Shown: in pieces, positions 59,318 through 64,000 of the stretch
Layout of the letters: the number at the start of each line of letters is the position of its first letter
Numbering within the stretch: the stretch's first letter is position 1
Source of the DNA: Flectonema sp. DT1601
Lineage: Eukaryota
Direction of reading: 5' to 3'
NCBI GenBank assembly: GCA_964019425.1
Contig: OZ025782.1
Location: 868,001 to 932,000, forward strand
Length of the DNA: 64,000 bases
Notes under the pieces: model-generated
Database searches by the model: none
What the model was told of the DNA's origin: nothing
The model's input: the letters and a program-made list of their open reading frames with translations, nothing else
Translations under genes and position numbers: made by a program

Positions 59318-62300
59318 TTAGTTAGTTAGTTAGTTAGTTATTTAATCCAACGTTACTGTATATTATGAGTGCTAGGTAACTCACAGTAACAGAGGACCCA
59401 ATCCTTAGCCATATCCGAAGATTTCGCATGGATTGTTGAAGTAGCATCGACTGAAAGATTAATAAATACCAATCTCCAGCTTTCCGCCTCGCCTAGCTTA
59501 TTAAACTATCGAACTAAAAAAAAAATAAAAAATAAAAAAAATATAAAATAAAATAAAATAAAATAAACAAAAAAAAAATTAATAATAAATAAATAAAAAT
59601 CATCAAAATTAAAACGGGATAGAACAATTACACTGATAATATACTAAAGCACTCGTAGAGCATTAACAATTAACGCTAGGTTGGCAGCAGCCATTTATTT
59701 GAATCGAACCACACTGGATCGATCCGAGTAAATTTAGAAGACCTTATCTTCTCCAGGAATGAGTTAAAATGTTGGTTTTTGTTTTTATCCGAATTCAAGA
59801 AACAGTATAACTCCAAGTCCCACAAATGGTCGTAGACTTTTTCGATTTCATTTGCGTTATAAACTTCTGAGATCAGTTTTCTGACTTCCTCCTTACACTT
59901 CGAATCAAGTGTGGTAACAGTGGAATGAACGGACAAATATTTGACAAGACGTTGTCGAGGGACCGCTCGACGTAACGGGAAGCTGTCGTGTAGGCTCCTG
60001 AGGTCATTCAAGAGCGATATGAGAGCCAATTGGTTTTCAGTAGCAAAAAACTTGTGTAGATGTTGACCCACATCCTCATCTTGATCATTAAATACCATCT
60101 GTGGGAAGTGAATTTGAACAAACATCTTAGTCTCCGGACATTTCGATAGTAAATGGTGAGTATCTGTATCTCTTTTATTACAGAAGAGACAGTTTGATAA
60201 TCCCTTTCTTGGTTGCTTCACAAGCGGATGGTGTCCAGTCCTGAGGCGGGCGATTTGCATTTCTCCCTCACGGTTAAGATCCGGGTGGAAGCGTTGAGCA
60301 CCTCTGCCCATTGTCGATAAAGAGTGCACATGTGATGTACTGCGCTGCTCGTACCAGTTTCTTCGGATTTTATTATTCACTGAACATTGGGTCATCCTGT
60401 AGTCAAACTTGACCACTGTTAAGGGAATAGCAGAAGCCGCTGCTTTGTTGGCGAGAGAATCGGCCATTTCATTTCCGATGATCCCACAGTGTGAGGGGAC
60501 AAATTGTAGGGTGATCGGACGCTGGAGCAGCGATATTCTCCTAAATAATTCGGCATTAGTCGCTGAATGTTGCTTCAGATGTCCACGCTCAAGACTTCGA
60601 AGTGCTGACTGACTATCCGTGATTATATTAATCCTCCCACTTGGCAGGCAAGACGAATACTTTTCAATCAAATTCACTGCTGATAACAGAGCCTGTTGCT
60701 CGGCATTATAAATCATCAGAGATGGGTCGTAACGATGTATTTCTTTGATGCATCTCTTTCCAAAGATTAAAACTGCTGCATTACCACAATGGTAGTTACT
60801 TTCTTTATCTTGGAAGTAGGATGCATCTGTATACAGCGAGGCCACTGACTTTGGGAGGGTCTTAATTTTTCCAAGTGCAGCTAACAAATTCTTGCATGGG
60901 TCCATGGACTTACGGAAATCTGCCCAGGAATTGATAATAACATCCGGGGGTGGTCCCCAAGGAGTCTGGTGATGCGGTAGGCAGAGCATTGATCTTTCAT
61001 TAGGGGTCACATAAGTCTTGGCATGGGGTTCTGCGTAGAGTTTCCACGAGCTAGACTTTTCAGGGTGAACCAACGACCGAGTCGGGCAATCGTCTGGGAG
61101 CCTCAGGAAACGTTCGTAGGATAAAGCCACGACTTTAGCCACGTGTAGTTTGAACGGGGGAATACTAGATTCTACCGATAATGCAGTTGAGGAGGTCGAT
61201 TTGGAGCATCCCGTCAGTCTTAGTTGAAGTGAACGAAGTGTATTCTCAATAAGTTTCAAAGAATTCTGCTTGATATAGGGTGCATAAGAAGCTAGTCCGT
61301 AATAGGCCCTAGAGAGGATCAGCCCATAGATTGTTTGTCGGAGAACTTCCGTTTTGATTTTAAAAGATGAAACTATCGAAATCAAGCCGATTCCCCGCTT
61401 TAGGGTATTTGATAGGTGAGCTAACTGCGATGTAAAAGATAAATCATCGTCGATAATTATGCCTAGATACCGCGACTGCGACACACGCCTTAGAGGGATT
61501 GCAGCCTTTAGAACGAAAGAACCCTTTGGCGTCCTTTGTGAAAGTTGAGAGCGGGTCTCAAGGTAGTTACCATTAATTGCAAGTGGGTATACCGGTCCTG
61601 TTTTGAAATTGAGCAGAGCTGCGGCACCATCATCCTGATGTATCCTGATGAAGTCGGCAGAGCCACGGGGAAGGTCGATATCGTCCACCGTAGAGGGAAA
61701 ATAAAGTCTTGGAAGTCTACAAATACTTCTGTCTGAGAAACGTCCTCCGAATGCCAAAAATTCAGTCTTGTTCAGAGAGAGGGACATTGCTGAATCAGCG
61801 AGCCAGTTCTCCACTTGTCCTATGGCATTGTTCGCCTTGGATTCCAAATCACTAACCGAAGAGCCACTAACAAACACTGTCAAGTCATCCGCGTATAACA
61901 GCTTTAAATCGGCTGTGATGGCATCCGGTAGGGAGTTCACGTACACACGGAATAAGAGCGGTCCTAGAATACTGCCTTGTGGGACCCCCTTTTTGCAAGA
62001 AATCGGGCCTGTACGGTTATGGCCGTGGAGAAGATGCGCTACTCGGTCCGAGAGGAAATTACCAATCCACCTTACATAAGGGACTGGGATGAGTGTTGTA
62101 AGCCTACTCATTAGAATATGGTGATCCACATTATCAAACGCACCCGAGATATCGAAGAAAATCATCGTTGCACATTTCTCATAATTGTTTTTAACTTCAG
62201 CTGCAGCTTCGATCATAACGGCTATATTTTCCTCCGCTGACCTACCAGGAACAAACCCAGATTGTTTAGGGTCTAGTTTAGAAATCAGCAGATGTTCTAA

Positions 62301-64000
62301 TCTAAAATGGACAAGGGATTCAATGAATTTAGCAACTACTGAGGTCAATGAGATAGGACGATAGGAGGCGGCATCAGTCGGGTCCTTTTTGCTACCTTTT
62401 AGAATAGGGAGAACATGTGCTACTTTCAAACATTTCGGGAAGGTTCCTCTCTGGAAAGACCAGTTTGCAATACGTAGGAGAACTTCCTTAGCCATATCTC
62501 CAAAATGATAAATCATGTTGTTACTTATAGAATCCGGACCGGAGCCGTCAGACTTTTTCAAAGAATTAAAAACTGCTTGGGCCTCTGCCATTGTAAAAGG
62601 AGAGCAACTGGGTTCTGAAAAATCCACCTTTGAAGTATGCGGAATAAGCAAGGGACGATTGTCAGAAGAATCAGGGAAAAAGCGACGTTTGAGCGCTCCG
62701 ACGTTCACCTGCGGGGTCTCAATAACCGTTGACTCTCCTTTCAGTTCTCGTAATTTCTTATAAGTCCAGCTAAAGCCCTTCTTACAACCGTCGATTAGAA
62801 TAAGTTCAGGGTCCAAATGGCGATGTTTGCGTTTAACCCGGAAAGATTCTTTGTGCCACTTATTTGGAAGAGTATCAATCGCAACAGATTCTATTGTTCG
62901 AACAAAACTGTCACAGAGTTTATTTAAAGATCGTATCCTTTTAAGTCTAAAACAATGGGAGTCAAGTTGTGCGGAGAAGGAGGACCAATGAGATTCCGTA
63001 AAACTGTTTTTGAACCATATACGATGAGCCGGAATAGCTACCGGTACAGTGAGGGGAGTCACATTAAAATCTGCAACAATTGGGGTATGATCGGAATTAA
63101 CTTGCCCAGCATCAATCTGCAGCGAACGCAGACACTTGAACTGCGGCGAGTGCAATAATAAATCGGGCGTTGTACCATGAGCAGGAATAGAAGGAGCCAG
63201 AGGTTCAATAGCTAATCCATTATTTATAATCCATTCATTTACTATCCTTCCTGAAGAGACGCACCCCTTAGGAATTCGACGCGACCAAGATTCATGATGT
63301 GCATTGAAATCACCTACTGCTAGATCCCCCAAAAACATAGAAGAGGGCAGCTGGCACACCTTCGGTGGGATGTAAATATTAAAAGTTCTAAATATGCCCA
63401 TGGAAGTCGAGAAACTGCAATGGATAACCTCAACAGCGGATGGATGCTTACCTACTTCTAATTGGACCGTACCAAGAGACTTTTTGAAATAAGAAAGAAG
63501 TCCACCGCCTCCCATTTTAGAAGAGTCGCACCTATCACGGCGGAATAATGAATATCCTGTAATACCAAGTTGATCATCGGTTACGTCTGCTTTCAACCAA
63601 GTTTCCTGGAGGTGGATAATATCAGGGTCGTGAGCTTCGATAATAGCATCGAGATGTGAACGCGATGTTTTATAAGCTCTCATATTCCATGAGAGTACCC
63701 TAAGAGGCCCAGGATTAGGGTGGATCCCTGAGCGTAAGAGGTTAATACGGGCTGTTACTGTTTCATGAAATATGTTGTCAGGAATGGGAGCGATTGATTG
63801 CTACTGGGCTGACTGGTTGTGCTTCAGTTGAGCCGCCATATCAGCGTGAGAGTTGGCCCGAGGGCGCTGGTCGGTGGAATCTCTACCGCTGCGGCGTTCG
63901 CGATCTTTGTTGGATTTACCCAGTTTATCTCTAAGTTTCTGATTTGCTTCTTTCTCCGCGGCCAGTTCCCTTCGTAATCCATCTATGGTAAGGTTGAGCG
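59318..64000 (-). mobile_element. Non-LTR retrotransposon C (ORF1 3' end, 2A-like motif, APE-RT-RNase H); 5' end beyond the window
   Basis: Intact ORF2 to 59676 with SWNMRA, LQETW, GDFNAHH, SDHTP, GVPQGSILGP, YADD, YTDAS, FVPSHCGIIGNEMAD and CLFC...HLLSKC. Candidate (TAAC)n tail at ~59318-59341. Confidence 0.93.
59676..63800 (-). CDS. ORF2 of retrotransposon C, including the ATG-less N-terminal linker and GIHPNPGP motif
   Basis: The frame is open from the TAG at 63803-63801. The first ATG (63683) lies inside the conserved APE motif SWNM, so it is unlikely to be the start. Confidence 0.88.
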   Translation of the reverse strand, partial: QSIAPIPDNIFHETVTARINLLRSGIHPNPGPLRVLSWNMRAYKTSRSHLDAIIEAHDPDIIHLQETWLKADVTDDQLGITGYSLFRRDRCDSSKMGGGGLLSYFKKSLGTVQLEVGKHPSAVEVIHCSFSTSMGIFRTFNIYIPPKVCQLPSSMFLGDLAVGDFNAHHESWSRRIPKGCVSSGRIVNEWIINNGLAIEPLAPSIPAHGTTPDLLLHSPQFKCLRSLQIDAGQVNSDHTPIVADFNVTPLTVPVAIPAHRIWFKNSFTESHWSSFSAQLDSHCFRLKRIRSLNKLCDSFVRTIESVAIDTLPNKWHKESFRVKRKHRHLDPELILIDGCKKGFSWTYKKLRELKGESTVIETPQVNVGALKRRFFPDSSDNRPLLIPHTSKVDFSEPSCSPFTMAEAQAVFNSLKKSDGSGPDSISNNMIYHFGDMAKEVLLRIANWSFQRGTFPKCLKVAHVLPILKGSKKDPTDAASYRPISLTSVVAKFIESLVHFRLEHLLISKLDPKQSGFVPGRSAEENIAVMIEAAAEVKNNYEKCATMIFFDISGAFDNVDHHILMSRLTTLIPVPYVRWIGNFLSDRVAHLLHGHNRTGPISCKKGVPQGSILGPLLFRVYVNSLPDAITADLKLLYADDLTVFVSGSSVSDLESKANNAIGQVENWLADSAMSLSLNKTEFLAFGGRFSDRSICRLPRLYFPSTVDDIDLPRGSADFIRIHQDDGAAALLNFKTGPVYPLAINGNYLETRSQLSQRTPKGSFVLKAAIPLRRVSQSRYLGIIIDDDLSFTSQLAHLSNTLKRGIGLISIVSSFKIKTEVLRQTIYGLILSRAYYGLASYAPYIKQNSLKLIENTLRSLQLRLTGCSKSTSSTALSVESSIPPFKLHVAKVVALSYERFLRLPDDCPTRSLVHPEKSSSWKLYAEPHAKTYVTPNERSMLCLPHHQTPWGPPPDVIINSWADFRKSMDPCKNLLAALGKIKTLPKSVASLYTDASYFQDKESNYHCGNAAVLIFGKRCIKEIHRYDPSLMIYNAEQQALLSAVNLIEKYSSCLPSGRINIITDSQSALRSLERGHLKQHSATNAELFRRISLLQRPITLQFVPSHCGIIGNEMADSLANKAAASAIPLTVVKFDYRMTQCSVNNKIRRNWYEQRSTSHVHSLSTMGRGAQRFHPDLNREGEMQIARLRTGHHPLVKQPRKGLSNCLFCNKRDTDTHHLLSKCPETKMFVQIHFPQMVFNDQDEDVGQHLHKFFATENQLALISLLNDLRSLHDSFPLRRAVPRQRLVKYLSVHSTVTTLDSKCKEEVRKLISEVYNANEIEKVYDHLWDLELYCFLNSDKNKNQHFNSFLEKIRSSKFTRIDPVWFDSNKWLLPT

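Overview
Eukaryotic nuclear DNA from a spliced-leader trans-splicing euglenozoan, most likely a diplonemid. The evidence is a 39-nt SL exon AACCAACGATTCTAAAGCTACAGTTTCTGTACTTTATTG together with short GT-AG cis-introns. A + strand gene cluster (NOT1, SFT2-like, pICln, TPR-E2 fusion, THUMP-type methyltransferase, amastin-like, Ubl-LRR, GH116) converges on a - strand cluster (GH3, amidohydrolase, DNA2). The ~22-48 kb convergence zone is packed with mobile DNA: a Penelope-like RT remnant, a Crinkler/RHS-type NTPase-nuclease, two APE/RT/RNase H non-LTR retrotransposons, an SL-capped retrocopy lying tail-to-tail with an unspliced copy of the same gene, tRNA-like elements and two SL RNA gene copies. 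A third non-LTR element runs off the right edge. The main candidate novelty is in the two retroelements whose ORF1/ORF2 junction is visible. In both, ORF1 and ORF2 are in the same frame, separated by one stop codon in a classic readthrough context (UGA-CUAG in one, UAG-CAA-UCA in the other), followed 31-35 codons later by a 2A-like NPGP motif just before the endonuclease. This suggests tandem readthrough plus StopGo expression of ORF2. All calls come from reading the sequence by eye; no database searches were run.
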